Source: an uncultured Gemmatimonadales bacterium
GTDB taxonomy: Bacteria; Gemmatimonadota; Gemmatimonadetes; Longimicrobiales; RSA9
Assembly (NCBI GenBank): GCA_963798845.1
Contig: CAWCUS010000003.1
Coordinates: 96,001-160,000 of the forward strand
DNA length: 64,000 nt
Direction: 5' to 3'
How positions within the stretch are numbered: position 1 is the stretch's first letter; each line of letters begins with the position of its first letter. The notes under the pieces are model-generated. The model saw nothing but the letters and a program-made list of their open reading frames with translations. It did not search any database and was not told where the DNA came from. Made by a program: the position numbers and the translations under genes. This document shows positions 18,949-28,798 of this stretch, in pieces.

Positions 18949-20088
18949 TCATCCCTTCGTGTGGTTCTGCCCGTCGGCCCCGTCGGCCTGTTCGGCGGCC
19001 GCGGAGGTGGGCAGCGTGTTGCGAGGCAGCTCGATCCGGAACACCGATCCTTCTCCCTCGTGAGAGGTGAAGGAGATCCGACCCCCGTGCTGGTGCACGA
19101 GGCGGCGTGTGGTCAGGAGCCCGAGGCCGGTGCCACGGTCCGAGCCTTTCGTCGTGAAGAACTTGGAAAACACCTTCCGGCTCAGCTCGTAGTCCATGCC
19201 CTTGCCGTTGTCCGCCACCTCGTAGACCAGGACGCCGTCGTTCTCGGAGACGGTCACGCGGACCACGAACTCGCGGTCCTTGTCGGCCACGGTGCACGCG
19301 TCGATGGCGTTGGAAACCAGGTTGGCCAGGGACGTATGGATCCCGGCCTCGTCCAGCAGCGCCGGGGCGATGCCGTCCTGCGGCTCGAAGTCGAGGCGGA
19401 TGCCGGCGCGGGCGGCACCATCGCGGAACAGATCGACAGCGTTCCTCGCCGGCAGTACCGGGTCGGTGAGGGCGACCACGGCGGGGCGTCCCTTGGCGAA
19501 GTCCAGGAACTCCTTCATGAAGGCGGAGATCCGGTTGACGTTCTGCTCCAGGGTGGTCCAGCCGCGGGCGATGCGCTCGTCGTCGCCGAGCTGGATACCG
19601 GTGTTCACGGCATACATGCCGCCTTCCAGGCCCATGAGGATGTTCTTCACCCCGTGGGCGACGCCGGCCACGGTCTCGCCCACGGCGGCGAGGCGCTCGG
19701 CTTCCCGCTTCTCCCGCTCGAGGCGCTTCACGACGGAGATGTCGGTGGACATCTCAATGACGTAGGGGATGTCGCCGTTGGGTCGGACCAGGGGGACCAT
19801 ATGGACCAGGTAGTCGATCTCCCGGCCATTTCCCATCACGCCCTCCTCCTCCTGCTCCCGGATGGAGCCGTCCGCGAAGGTGGCCAGGGCGGCGCACCGA
19901 AGGCAGGGCTCGTCGCGCCCCTTGTAGACCTGGTAGCAGGGCCGCCCCTGCCAGTCCCCGAACTCCGACTCGAAAGCCAGGTTCGCGTCCACGATCCCGT
20001 AATTGCGCCCGATGACGCTGATGGCGACGGGCACCTCGTCGTAGAGGTGCGTGTGGAGCCAGTCCCGGATCTCGTCCGTGTCCATCAT
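18949..20088 (-). CDS. Cytoplasmic PAS histidine kinase
   Basis: PAS domain with CY.VYKGRDEPCLRC. H-box GVAHGVKN, NLVSNA, DNGKGM, FFTTK and GTGLGL. Start ATG 20088. Confidence 0.9.
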   Translation of the reverse strand: MMDTDEIRDWLHTHLYDEVPVAISVIGRNYGIVDANLAFESEFGDWQGRPCYQVYKGRDEPCLRCAALATFADGSIREQEEEGVMGNGREIDYLVHMVPLVRPNGDIPYVIEMSTDISVVKRLEREKREAERLAAVGETVAGVAHGVKNILMGLEGGMYAVNTGIQLGDDERIARGWTTLEQNVNRISAFMKEFLDFAKGRPAVVALTDPVLPARNAVDLFRDGAARAGIRLDFEPQDGIAPALLDEAGIHTSLANLVSNAIDACTVADKDREFVVRVTVSENDGVLVYEVADNGKGMDYELSRKVFSKFFTTKGSDRGTGLGLLTTRRLVHQHGGRISFTSHEGEGSVFRIELPRNTLPTSAAAEQADGADGQNHTKG

Positions 20089-22193
20089 GGCAGCGATCCT
20101 CCTTCCGTGCCGGGCTGCCGCTCGCGCGTGGCGGCGCGTGCCACGTCCGTGGCTGTCGGGCCGGGCGAGCGCAGGGGCGTGGATGCGGCTGTGGTCCGGG
20201 CGGGCTCGAGCTGCTGGAGGGCGCCGGAACGGTCCGCGTCGTGGCACGTTTCGCAGCGTGCCAGATTCTCGGGATGCTCCCCCGGCTCCGAGCGCAGGGC
20301 CTCCTCGTGGCACGCGATGCACACGCCGTGCATGGCGTCCATGTAGCCCGGGGCGGCGCGCCACCGCTCCTGCGCCGCCGGGATGATCGCGCTCTGCCCC
20401 GCGTCGCGAGCGTGGCACTCCATGCACGCCGTCGACGTGGCGTAGGTCCTGGTCGCGATGCCCGGGGCGTGGCACTGCTGGCAGCCGTCGTTCCCTGCCA
20501 GCGCCTCCACGTGCGACGCATGGTCGAAGACGGCGGTGCTGTCGTACATGTCCCGGTGGCACGCGCCACAGCGGCTCGCTTCCTCGAGCGGGAGATTCAG
20601 GTGATGGCAGGTTCCGCAGCCGTCGTCGCCGCCAGCGCGCTCCACGTGGGCGTCGTGGTCGAACAGGACGGCGTTGCGGTCCCGACCCCCATCGATGAGC
20701 AGCAGCACGGCCTCGCCCGGATCCATCATCCCCGGTCCACCCGTGCCGCCAGCCGCCTCCGTTTCACCCGCTCCGCCGGGGACGTTCGATGCCGGCGATA
20801 CCGCGTGCGCGTGCAGCGTCTCGCTCGCGGCGCCGGCCAGCGCCAGCAGCCTCGCCTGCCCCGGCCGCTCCGAAATGGTCCCGGCCACGGAGCGCGCGTC
20901 CGCCACGGGTACCGGGCGCGGGCGCGCCCCCGAAAGCGGAAGGAACAGGAGCGCGATCACGAAGCCGGCGAGCGCCATCCCGCTGTTCAGGTGGGGGCCC
21001 GCGAGGCGCGGCGGGAGGAGCCCGTGCACGGTGGTGGGCTCGAAGCTCCGAGGCCTGGCGCGGACGGTGTCGGCGGAAACGTCGTCGTACACGCGCAGGT
21101 GCTCGACGAAGAAGATGAAGACCAGCATGAACGCCGACACGATCCCGACGCTCACGGCGAGCTCTTCCCAGCTGGGGAAGTACGGCATGTCCGCAGGCCT
21201 CGCGAACGCCACGACGGAAACGTCCAGCCGGTACAGGATCATGCCGGCCACGGTCATGGCGCCCGCCACGCCCACGCCGCGGATGCTGTTCCGGACCCGC
21301 GGGATGGCCATGAGCACCACGGGGATCCCGGCACTGAGGGCGAGCTCGGCCACGAACAGCACCCCGTGCCAGGACGGCTGAAGCGCACTGACCAGCACGC
21401 CGCGGGCCGCCAGGTCGCCCAGCCGCAGGGCCAGGTACAGCGTGAGCACCACGGCCGCCGCGGCGCCCAGGCCGGACATCTGGCGCCGGTGAAGCGCGTG
21501 GCCGAGGAACCGGTGGGCGAACATGGACTCTGTCACCACCATCGACAGACCCAGAGCTACGGCGGAGACGAAGAAGAGCACGTAGATGATCGGCGAGTAC
21601 CAGAGCGGGTGCAGCCGGTAGGGCGTGATCAGGAAGAGGGAGCCCAGCGACGACTGGTGCAGCGTGGAAAGCATGATCCCCAGGATGACCAGCGGGATCG
21701 TCACCTTCCGGAGCGCGGCCAGAGTCGTGCGGAACGGCCGCCAGCGGAAGAGGGGGTGCTCCAGGATCGCGGGAGCGAACTCCAGCGCCAGGACGGTCAG
21801 GTAGAGCATGACGCACATGGCGACTTCGAACAGCACGGAGTGGTGCTGCCAGTGGAACAGCGGGTGCCAGATGCGCCAGGGGAGACCGAGGTCGTAGAGG
21901 AGCCCCACCGCCACGGCCGCGTAGCCGAGGAACGCCGTGAGCACCGCGGGGCGCGCGAAGGCGTGGTAGCGCTCCAGGTGGAAGATGTACACGGTGGCGG
22001 CCATGACGAACCCGCCAGCCGCCAGCGCAACGCCGGACATGACGTCGAAGCCGATCCAGAGGCCCCACGGGGTCGCGTCGGACAGGTGGGTCACCGCCCC
22101 GAGCCCCCGGGTGTAGCGCACCATGCTGACGGCGACGAGCACGCCGACCAGCGTCCACAATACCAGCTTCAGCCGCACCAGCCGCTCACGCAT
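20085..22193 (-). CDS. HmcC/HybB (NrfD-type) membrane subunit fused to a C-terminal multiheme cytochrome c (6 CxxCH)
   Basis: PWGLWIGFDV..GVALAAGGF, DLGLPWRI, SVLFEV and STLHQSSLG. Then CGTCH, CGACH, CQQCH, CMECH, CIACH and CETCH, with c3-like FDH..H motifs. Confidence 0.88.
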   Translation of the reverse strand: MRERLVRLKLVLWTLVGVLVAVSMVRYTRGLGAVTHLSDATPWGLWIGFDVMSGVALAAGGFVMAATVYIFHLERYHAFARPAVLTAFLGYAAVAVGLLYDLGLPWRIWHPLFHWQHHSVLFEVAMCVMLYLTVLALEFAPAILEHPLFRWRPFRTTLAALRKVTIPLVILGIMLSTLHQSSLGSLFLITPYRLHPLWYSPIIYVLFFVSAVALGLSMVVTESMFAHRFLGHALHRRQMSGLGAAAAVVLTLYLALRLGDLAARGVLVSALQPSWHGVLFVAELALSAGIPVVLMAIPRVRNSIRGVGVAGAMTVAGMILYRLDVSVVAFARPADMPYFPSWEELAVSVGIVSAFMLVFIFFVEHLRVYDDVSADTVRARPRSFEPTTVHGLLPPRLAGPHLNSGMALAGFVIALLFLPLSGARPRPVPVADARSVAGTISERPGQARLLALAGAASETLHAHAVSPASNVPGGAGETEAAGGTGGPGMMDPGEAVLLLIDGGRDRNAVLFDHDAHVERAGGDDGCGTCHHLNLPLEEASRCGACHRDMYDSTAVFDHASHVEALAGNDGCQQCHAPGIATRTYATSTACMECHARDAGQSAIIPAAQERWRAAPGYMDAMHGVCIACHEEALRSEPGEHPENLARCETCHDADRSGALQQLEPARTTAASTPLRSPGPTATDVARAATRERQPGTEGGSLP

Positions 22194-23076
22194 TGGGACC
22201 TCCATCGGTCTCTGGCGACGGGGGCGACGCCGGCGCACCGCCGCGATCCACCTCGGTCGCGTCCTCCGCTCCCACCTCCGCCACGCCGACCGGGTCGACT
22301 CCGGCCACCGGGATGCCCGCCGCCGTCGCGTCCATGGCCAGACGCATGCGCCGCTGGATTACCCAGTAGATCCCCGTCATCAGCGTCCCCATGCCCAGGA
22401 ACACACCGGGCACCTTGTCGAGGGAAGCCCAGGAGAGGAGCGGCAGGGAGCCATCGCCCACGTGCCCTCCCCAACCGAGGAAGCCCAGCGACGCGTCCGA
22501 GATGTAGAGCACCGAGGTGCCGCCCACTTCCGTCTCGCCCCACACGTGGTCGAGGTAGCGGTGCGGATGCGCGGCGACCCGGGCGTGTGCTTCCCGCAGC
22601 AGGTCGTCGCGGGTGCCGAAGAGCAGCGCCTCCTCGGGGCACGCCTCCACACACGCCGGCTGCTTCCCTTCCTTCAGTCGCGGATAGCACATCTCGCACT
22701 TCCGCACGTACGGCACTGCCTCGTCCCAGTCGTAGCGCGGGATGCCGTACGGGCATGCCACCATGCAGTAGCGGCAGCCTATGCAGAGGGAGGAGTCATA
22801 GAGCACCGGCCCTTCCGGCGACTTCTGCATGGCCCCCACGAGGCACGCGCTCACGCACGCCGGCTCGAGGCAGTGACGGCACTGCTGCTTGACGTACAGG
22901 TCACCCGGACGTCGAAGCACGGTGGAGAAGCGGCGGGCGGAAAGGTCGTCCACCGCCTGCTGCCCGGGCCCCATGCCGTCCGGCGGAAGATCGTTCACGT
23001 CCTTGCACGCCAGCACGCACGACTCGCAGCCGACGCAACGTGTGGTGTCCACCAGAATGGCAGGCGAGCGGATCAT
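22186..23076 (-). CDS. HmcB/HybA-like 4x[4Fe-4S] protein with C-terminal TM helix
   Basis: CVGCESCVLAC, CRHCLEPACVSAC, CIGCRYCMVACP and KCEMC...PACVEACP. Confidence 0.88.
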   Translation of the reverse strand: MIRSPAILVDTTRCVGCESCVLACKDVNDLPPDGMGPGQQAVDDLSARRFSTVLRRPGDLYVKQQCRHCLEPACVSACLVGAMQKSPEGPVLYDSSLCIGCRYCMVACPYGIPRYDWDEAVPYVRKCEMCYPRLKEGKQPACVEACPEEALLFGTRDDLLREAHARVAAHPHRYLDHVWGETEVGGTSVLYISDASLGFLGWGGHVGDGSLPLLSWASLDKVPGVFLGMGTLMTGIYWVIQRRMRLAMDATAAGIPVAGVDPVGVAEVGAEDATEVDRGGAPASPPSPETDGGPNA

Positions 23077-23774
23077 ATCGGTTCACCCTCCTTCCCCAGC
23101 GCTGCGGCGACGCGGGTCCCGGCATCCGGGGGCCAGTGCCAGGCCGCTTCGGACACCAGCTGGGCCAGGGGCAGCAGGAGCATGTGGCTGAGCTTGCTGA
23201 GCGGGACGAGCAGGAAGAGCAGGTCCCCGGCGAGCACGTGAGCGAGAAAGACCGGCTGGAACGCGAAGGGGTTCCAGGCGGGGTGCATGGTCATGAAGCC
23301 TGTGACGAACGTGACGCCGATCATGACCGGGAGCGCATAGTCCTGGAAGCGCCCCAGCGCGCGGGCGGCTCGGATCGTCGCCCGCTGGATGATGACGGCG
23401 AGGGCGGCGAGCACCACGGCCACGGTGAGAGCCGTGGCCACGGCGTTCGGCAGTGCGGGCCAGGACAGGCCGATGGCCCGGTCCCAGAGCGCGATGTGGC
23501 CGGCCAGGAAGAGCGGCACGAGGATCACCGCCACATGAAAGACCATGGTGGTGACGCTGTACGGCCACCGCCGCAACAGCCGGCGGGCGGGGAAGAGCCA
23601 GCCGGCCGTGGTCGCCGCCACCTTGCGGACGGGGAGGTTCTTGTCACCTGCCAGGCGACGCACACGGGCCAGCTCCCACGCCACCAGGGCGAGCTCCCGG
23701 AGCAGCCCCAGGACCATGAACGCCAGCGCCGCCCAGAAGAGCGGACCGCGGGCCCAGCTCAGCCATTCCTGCAT
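23073..23774 (-). CDS. HmcE/NarI-like heme b membrane subunit
   Basis: ARGPLF, FHV..ILVPLFLAGHI, AHVLAG and PLSKLSH. Confidence 0.82.
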   Translation of the reverse strand: MQEWLSWARGPLFWAALAFMVLGLLRELALVAWELARVRRLAGDKNLPVRKVAATTAGWLFPARRLLRRWPYSVTTMVFHVAVILVPLFLAGHIALWDRAIGLSWPALPNAVATALTVAVVLAALAVIIQRATIRAARALGRFQDYALPVMIGVTFVTGFMTMHPAWNPFAFQPVFLAHVLAGDLLFLLVPLSKLSHMLLLPLAQLVSEAAWHWPPDAGTRVAAALGKEGEPI

Positions 23775-23777
23775 GGG

Positions 23778-25166
23778 TCAGCCCTCCCCGTTGCCGTGGC
23801 CGTTGCCGTCGCGGCCGCCGAAGTCGATGACGCGGAGCAGGAGGTCGTGCAGACCCACCACCTCCACCTCGTCCAGGCCGTTGTCCTGGCACAGCTCCCG
23901 GAGCTGCTTCTTGCAGTTGGCGCACGGCGCCACCACGTACTTCGCACCCGTCTCCCGGATCTGGTCCGCCTTGCGCTTGCCCAGCGGCCCCGTGCGGAAG
24001 GCCCGGATCTCGTCGATGGAGACGGTCCCGCCCCCACCACCGCAGCAGTAGTTTCGGGTCCGGTTTGGCGTCATCTCGGCGTAGTCCGCGCAGATCGCGG
24101 CAAGGATCTCCCGCGGCTGCTCCGTGATGCGCCCCACCCGGGCGATGTTGCAGGGGTCGTGATAGGTGACCCGCTCCAGGATCTTCTCGTCCTTCAGCGG
24201 GATCCTGCCGGCTTCCAGCTGCTGGTGCGTGTACTCCATGCAGTTCACCACCTGCGGCGCGTCCGGCCCGCAGAAGGTCGGGACGAACCAGGCCGAGCGG
24301 GTGGCGTGGCCGCACTCCCCGACCATGATCTTCTTCGCCCCCAGCCGCTCCGCCTCCGCCACCACGTTCCGGACGATGCGCTCCATTATCCGGTCGCTGT
24401 AGAACAGGCCGTAGTTGATCCCGTCGTAGTTGTGCGTCCCGATGGTCCAGGAGCCCCCGGTGACATGCATCACGGCCGCGTTCCCCATGAGCGTGTCCGC
24501 TTCCATGATGAAGTCGGAGACGGCGGGGAAGAACGCGAACTCGGCCCCCTCCACGTCGAACGGGTACTTCACGTCCACACCGTAGATGTCGTGGAGCTCC
24601 TCCTCCAGGAACTCGCACGTGTCCTTCAGCGCCGGGAGCGGAATCGCCGACGTGTTCCCCGTCTTTCCGTCCAGCTGCTCGCGCACGGACACGAGCAGGG
24701 CTCGCGGGATGATCCCCACCTCGGCCAGGACCCAGCGCGCCAGGTGCGTGACCAGCCCGTGGTCCAGCCCCATGGGGCAGCTGTCCTTGCACCGGCGGCA
24801 CGCCGTGCAGCGATAGTAGTCCTCCGCCATCCGGTCGATGTACTCGTCCGTGAGCGTGAAGCCACCCCCCAGGCGCGCCTTCAGGATCCCCCACGACGTG
24901 AAGTAGCGGCGGTACACCCGCAGCAGCAGCTCCGAGCGCTCGCAAGGGATGTCACGGTCCTCGCCCGTCGCCTCGTAGAGCTGGCACTCCGCCGCGCACC
25001 GACCGCAACGGGCACTCAACCGCGCGTAAGTCTCCAGCGCCACCTGGTAGCTCCCGTGCTCCAGGATCGCCGAGAACGCCTCAAGGAACCGCCGCGGACG
25101 CTCCGTCAGCCCCAGCGCCCGCTGCTCCACGTGATAGCTGTACTTCGTCGGTGTCGGCACCTTCAC
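23778..25166 (-). CDS. HmcF/HdrD-like (Fe-S)-binding CCG-domain protein
   Basis: SARCGRCAAEC, CTACRRCKDSCP, GECGH, YHDPC, YCCGGGGG and PCANC. GTG start with GGAG RBS. Confidence 0.85.
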   Translation of the reverse strand: MKVPTPTKYSYHVEQRALGLTERPRRFLEAFSAILEHGSYQVALETYARLSARCGRCAAECQLYEATGEDRDIPCERSELLLRVYRRYFTSWGILKARLGGGFTLTDEYIDRMAEDYYRCTACRRCKDSCPMGLDHGLVTHLARWVLAEVGIIPRALLVSVREQLDGKTGNTSAIPLPALKDTCEFLEEELHDIYGVDVKYPFDVEGAEFAFFPAVSDFIMEADTLMGNAAVMHVTGGSWTIGTHNYDGINYGLFYSDRIMERIVRNVVAEAERLGAKKIMVGECGHATRSAWFVPTFCGPDAPQVVNCMEYTHQQLEAGRIPLKDEKILERVTYHDPCNIARVGRITEQPREILAAICADYAEMTPNRTRNYCCGGGGGTVSIDEIRAFRTGPLGKRKADQIRETGAKYVVAPCANCKKQLRELCQDNGLDEVEVVGLHDLLLRVIDFGGRDGNGHGNGEG

Positions 25167-25181
25167 CGCTCCATGATCGGG

Positions 25182-25532
25182 TCAGCCCCGTGACGGCGGC
25201 GCTTCGGCCCGCGGCATCTCCATGCCCGGCACCAGCTGCCCCCGGATGTACATTTCGAGCAGATCCTCCACGCGCCCCGCCACCCACGAGATCACCTGGA
25301 ACCCACTCGCCCGCACCAGCTCCTCGTAGTGGCCTTCCATCCCGCCGCAAATCAGCGTGTCCACTTCCTGGTCCCGCAGCAGACGCACACGGTCGAACGG
25401 GTCCCGACTGCGCAGCGGGAAGTCCGTCTGGTCCACGACGCCAAGTCCCGAGACGGTGAACACCGCCATCGTGGCGCAGTACTCGAAGCACGGCGCCACC
25501 GTCTCACCCATCCTCGGAATCGCGATCTTCAT
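25182..25532 (-). CDS. NifB/NifX family (Nitro_FeMo-Co-like) small protein
   Basis: MKIAIP....VAPCFE, VDTLICGG and G.VE.LL..Y..GQL. Confidence 0.8.
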   Translation of the reverse strand: MKIAIPRMGETVAPCFEYCATMAVFTVSGLGVVDQTDFPLRSRDPFDRVRLLRDQEVDTLICGGMEGHYEELVRASGFQVISWVAGRVEDLLEMYIRGQLVPGMEMPRAEAPPSRG

Positions 25533-25568
25533 GGTTGCAGGCCTCCCGATGCCTGCCCCGATCCAGGG

Positions 25569-25731
25569 GCAAGCGCCGGACCCGCTGCGGCACGGGCGGG
25601 GAAAATATCGTTAAGTAGTTGGGATACAGCGCGTTGGCGGCACGCCTGTGATCCGGGATGGGGCGCGGCTGCGCGGCCTTTGGTGCAACAGTGGAATGAT
25701 CGGTTGTTTCAGGTGTTACAGACCTGGAACA
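25569..25731 (-). promoter_or_regulatory. Putative sigma54 promoter with IHF-like site and upstream activator sequence for the hmc-like operon
   Basis: Minus strand GG-TCCGGCGCTT-GC (25582-25569). AT-rich CAA-N4-TTA near 25612-25624. Inverted repeat TGTTTCAGGT-N7-ACCTGGAACA at 25705-25731. Confidence 0.55.
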
Positions 25732-27092
25732 TGCCCGGGCGGTGCGCTGCGGAAGCCGCCTCCCTCGATCCCGTACTTCTTCATCTTGCGCCAGAGGGTG
25801 GTGCGGCTGATGCGGAGTTCGTGGGCGGTTCGCCCCTGGTGTCCGTGGTTGCGGCTGAGGGCGAGGCGAATGGCGTCGGCCTCGCTGTCTTCGAGGGGGC
25901 GGGCGGGGCGGTGCTGGGTGGCGGTTTCGCCCTGGATGTCCTCGGGGAGGTGGCGGACGTCGATGAAGCGGTTGTGGCAGAGGACGAACGCGTACTCGAT
26001 GATGTTCTCGAGCTCGCGCACGTTGCCGGGGAAGTCGTGGCGCATGAGGATCTCCATGACCGCCGGCGTGACGCCCTGGATGCTCTTGGCCTGCTTGGCG
26101 TTGAAGCGTTCGACGAAGTGGGCGACGAGGTGAGGGATGTCCTCGCGGCGCTTCAGGAGCGGCGGTATGGAGAGGCGGACGACGGCGAGGCGGAAGTAGA
26201 GGTCGTCGCGGAACTGCGAGTCGGCGACGAGGCGGGCGAGGTCCTGGTTGGTGGCGGCGACGATGCGGATGTCGGCGCGGATGGTCTGGACGCTGCCCAG
26301 GGGGCTGTACTCCCGCTGCTGCACGAGCCGGAGCAGCTTCACCTGAGTCTCGTGGGGGAGCTCCCCGATCTCGTCGAAGAAGATGGTGCCGCCCTGCGCC
26401 TGCGTGATCCGCCCCGGCTTGTCCTGACGGGCGTCGGTGAAGGCGCCACGCTTGTAGCCGAAGAGCTCCGACTCGAAGAGGTTGGTCGGGAGCGTTCCGC
26501 AGTTCACGACGACGTACGGCCGGTCGCGACGAGGGCTGAGGTTGTGGATCGCGCGGGCGAGCAGCTCTTTCCCGGACCCGCTCGGCCCCTCGATGAGTAC
26601 CGTGCTGTCGCTGGCGGCGATGTCGGGGAGGAGCGCGAAGATCTTCTGGAACGCCTCGCTTCGCCCGATGATGTCCTCGAACGTGTAGCGGCCGTGGATC
26701 TCGCGGCGCAGCTGCTCGAGGGTGGACATGTCGCGGAACGTCTCGACGGCCCCCAGCAACGTGCCGTCGCGGGCACGGAGCACCGCACTGCTCACCGCGA
26801 TGGGAACGGAGCGGCCGCGCCGTGTGAGGATGCGGGCTGGCCGGTCGATGACCTCGTGGTCCTGCTCGAGGGACTCACGGAGCGGACACGCGCACTCGCA
26901 CAGGTCGGAGTGGAACACGTCGGAGCAGCGCCGTCCGACGGCGCGCTCGGCGGACACGCCCGTGATGCGGGCGGCGGCCGGGTTGAACGACGTGATCCGC
27001 CATTCCCGGTCGACCGTGAAAACGCCCTCCGTGACGCAGCGGAGGACCGTCTCGAAGAACCGGTTCTCGTCTCCCAGGTCCTGTTTGGCCAT
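25716..27092 (-). CDS. PAS-domain sigma54-dependent enhancer-binding protein (OrpR-like)
   Basis: GPSGSGKEL, ESELFG..RGAFTDA, FFDEIGE, FPGNVREL and a Fis-type HTH. PAS has C-x8-C-x3-C. Start ATG 27092. Confidence 0.92.
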   Translation of the reverse strand: MAKQDLGDENRFFETVLRCVTEGVFTVDREWRITSFNPAAARITGVSAERAVGRRCSDVFHSDLCECACPLRESLEQDHEVIDRPARILTRRGRSVPIAVSSAVLRARDGTLLGAVETFRDMSTLEQLRREIHGRYTFEDIIGRSEAFQKIFALLPDIAASDSTVLIEGPSGSGKELLARAIHNLSPRRDRPYVVVNCGTLPTNLFESELFGYKRGAFTDARQDKPGRITQAQGGTIFFDEIGELPHETQVKLLRLVQQREYSPLGSVQTIRADIRIVAATNQDLARLVADSQFRDDLYFRLAVVRLSIPPLLKRREDIPHLVAHFVERFNAKQAKSIQGVTPAVMEILMRHDFPGNVRELENIIEYAFVLCHNRFIDVRHLPEDIQGETATQHRPARPLEDSEADAIRLALSRNHGHQGRTAHELRISRTTLWRKMKKYGIEGGGFRSAPPGHVPGL

Positions 27093-27196
27093 CGGCGCCT
27101 CCCCGGCCGCTACGGCCCCCGCTCCCCGCTCCACCTCCGACTCGGTCCCCGTTGCCGGCGCGAATCGCCAGGCCGCGCCGGCGGGGTGCCCGCCGC

Positions 27197-28798
27197 TCAG
27201 TGCATCTCCCAGTGAATGAACGGCTCCTTGACGTCCACCATGGCGTTGACGATGAGCTCCACCAGTCCGCCGTAGGTGATGCCGCTCTTCTCGAGCGCGC
27301 CGTAGTACTCCAGCATGTCCCGGATCTGCCCCTTGCAGTTGGAGCACGGGGCACACACGTACTTCTTCACGTCCGGCCCGGGCTGGTCCGCGAAGGCGTC
27401 CAGGAACTGCTTGAACTTCATGCGCCCGCCCACGCTCACGCGCCAGTCCGTGAAGTTGTTCGGGCTCATCACCGCGAAGCCGCTCCCGCCGCCGCAGCAG
27501 TAGTTGTCCACGCCGTGAGGCGTCATCTCCCGGAACTGCGGGCAGAGGTAGCGCAGGATTCGCCGCTGTGGCTCCACGATCCCGAGGTTGCGGACGATGT
27601 TGCACGGGTCGTGGAGGGTGACGGGGAAATCGTTCTTGGACGGGTCGAACTGGATCTTCCCGCTGAACACGATCTGCTCCAGCAACGTGAAGCAGCTCTC
27701 GCGCGGCACCGACAGCTCGCCGGTTAGGACGCGGTCCGCGATGGTCACCAGTGCCTTGTGCTGGTGGCCGCACTCGCCCATGACGATGCGGTTCACCTTC
27801 AGCTTTCTCGCCGTCTGCGCGTGGCGCAGGGCGATGCGGGCGAGCTGCATGTCGTCGTAGAAGAGGCCGTAGTTCACGCCGTCGTAGCCCACCGTGTCGG
27901 ACGCCAGCGTCCAGCTGATGCCTGCCGCGTTCAGGACAATCGCGAACGCCCCGGGGTTCTCCGGCCACGCGAGGATCTCGCCCGCGTTGTGGATCAGCAG
28001 GACATCCGCCTCTTCCTCGTCGAAGGGCGTGTGCGCGTTCTGCCCCGTGGCCTCCTCCATGTCCTCGTCGATGAACTCGATGTTGTCCTTCACCACCACC
28101 GGATTCATCCCCGTGGAGCTCCCCACTTCGAGCTGCAGCACGGTCCCCTTCTCGTGCAGCTCCTTCGGGGCCCAGCCCAGCTCCTGGCTGAACAGCTTGC
28201 GCAGCTCGTGCGTGATCAGCCCGTTGTCCACTCCGATGGGACACGCCTGCGCGCATCGCCGGCACATCGTGCACCGGTACGCGAGCTCGTACAGGCGCGT
28301 GATCGTCGCCCAGTTCAGCTCAATGTCCTCCCCCTTCAGCTTCGCCAGCGCCGCGCTCCCCGGCTTCACGTACTTCCGCACCAGCCGGCGCAGGACCTCG
28401 GACCGGTAGGTGGGGCGGTAGATGTCGTTGCGCCCGCTCATCACGTAAACGGGGCACGACTCGTTGCACGTCTGGCAGCTCACGCAGTACTCGGCCGACA
28501 GGATCAACGGCTGGAGGAAGGTCCAGTTGTTCTCCTTCGAGAAGAGCTTCTTCATGCCCGACTCGAAACGGTCCACGCACGCCTGCTTCTCCTCCTCCGT
28601 AGCGGGCTGCGGAATGCTCACCCCCACGAAGCCGTCCAGGTTGCAGACCATCCGCTCCCGGGCCTCCGGCTTGATCTCCTTCCACGCCGGATCCTTGTCG
28701 TAGGGCGGCGGCAGCGGCGGCAGATCCTCCACCGACACGGGGGACAGCACTTCGTTCTCACGCCGACTGATATCCTTCACACTCACGGGGATCTTCAT
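27197..28798 (-). CDS. Second DsrK-like (HdrD-type) Fe-S/CCG protein
   Basis: CVSCQTCNESCP, CTMCRRCAQACP, GECGH, HDPCN, YCCGGGSG and PCSNC. Start ATG 28798. Confidence 0.85.
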   Translation of the reverse strand: MKIPVSVKDISRRENEVLSPVSVEDLPPLPPPYDKDPAWKEIKPEARERMVCNLDGFVGVSIPQPATEEEKQACVDRFESGMKKLFSKENNWTFLQPLILSAEYCVSCQTCNESCPVYVMSGRNDIYRPTYRSEVLRRLVRKYVKPGSAALAKLKGEDIELNWATITRLYELAYRCTMCRRCAQACPIGVDNGLITHELRKLFSQELGWAPKELHEKGTVLQLEVGSSTGMNPVVVKDNIEFIDEDMEEATGQNAHTPFDEEEADVLLIHNAGEILAWPENPGAFAIVLNAAGISWTLASDTVGYDGVNYGLFYDDMQLARIALRHAQTARKLKVNRIVMGECGHQHKALVTIADRVLTGELSVPRESCFTLLEQIVFSGKIQFDPSKNDFPVTLHDPCNIVRNLGIVEPQRRILRYLCPQFREMTPHGVDNYCCGGGSGFAVMSPNNFTDWRVSVGGRMKFKQFLDAFADQPGPDVKKYVCAPCSNCKGQIRDMLEYYGALEKSGITYGGLVELIVNAMVDVKEPFIHWEMH

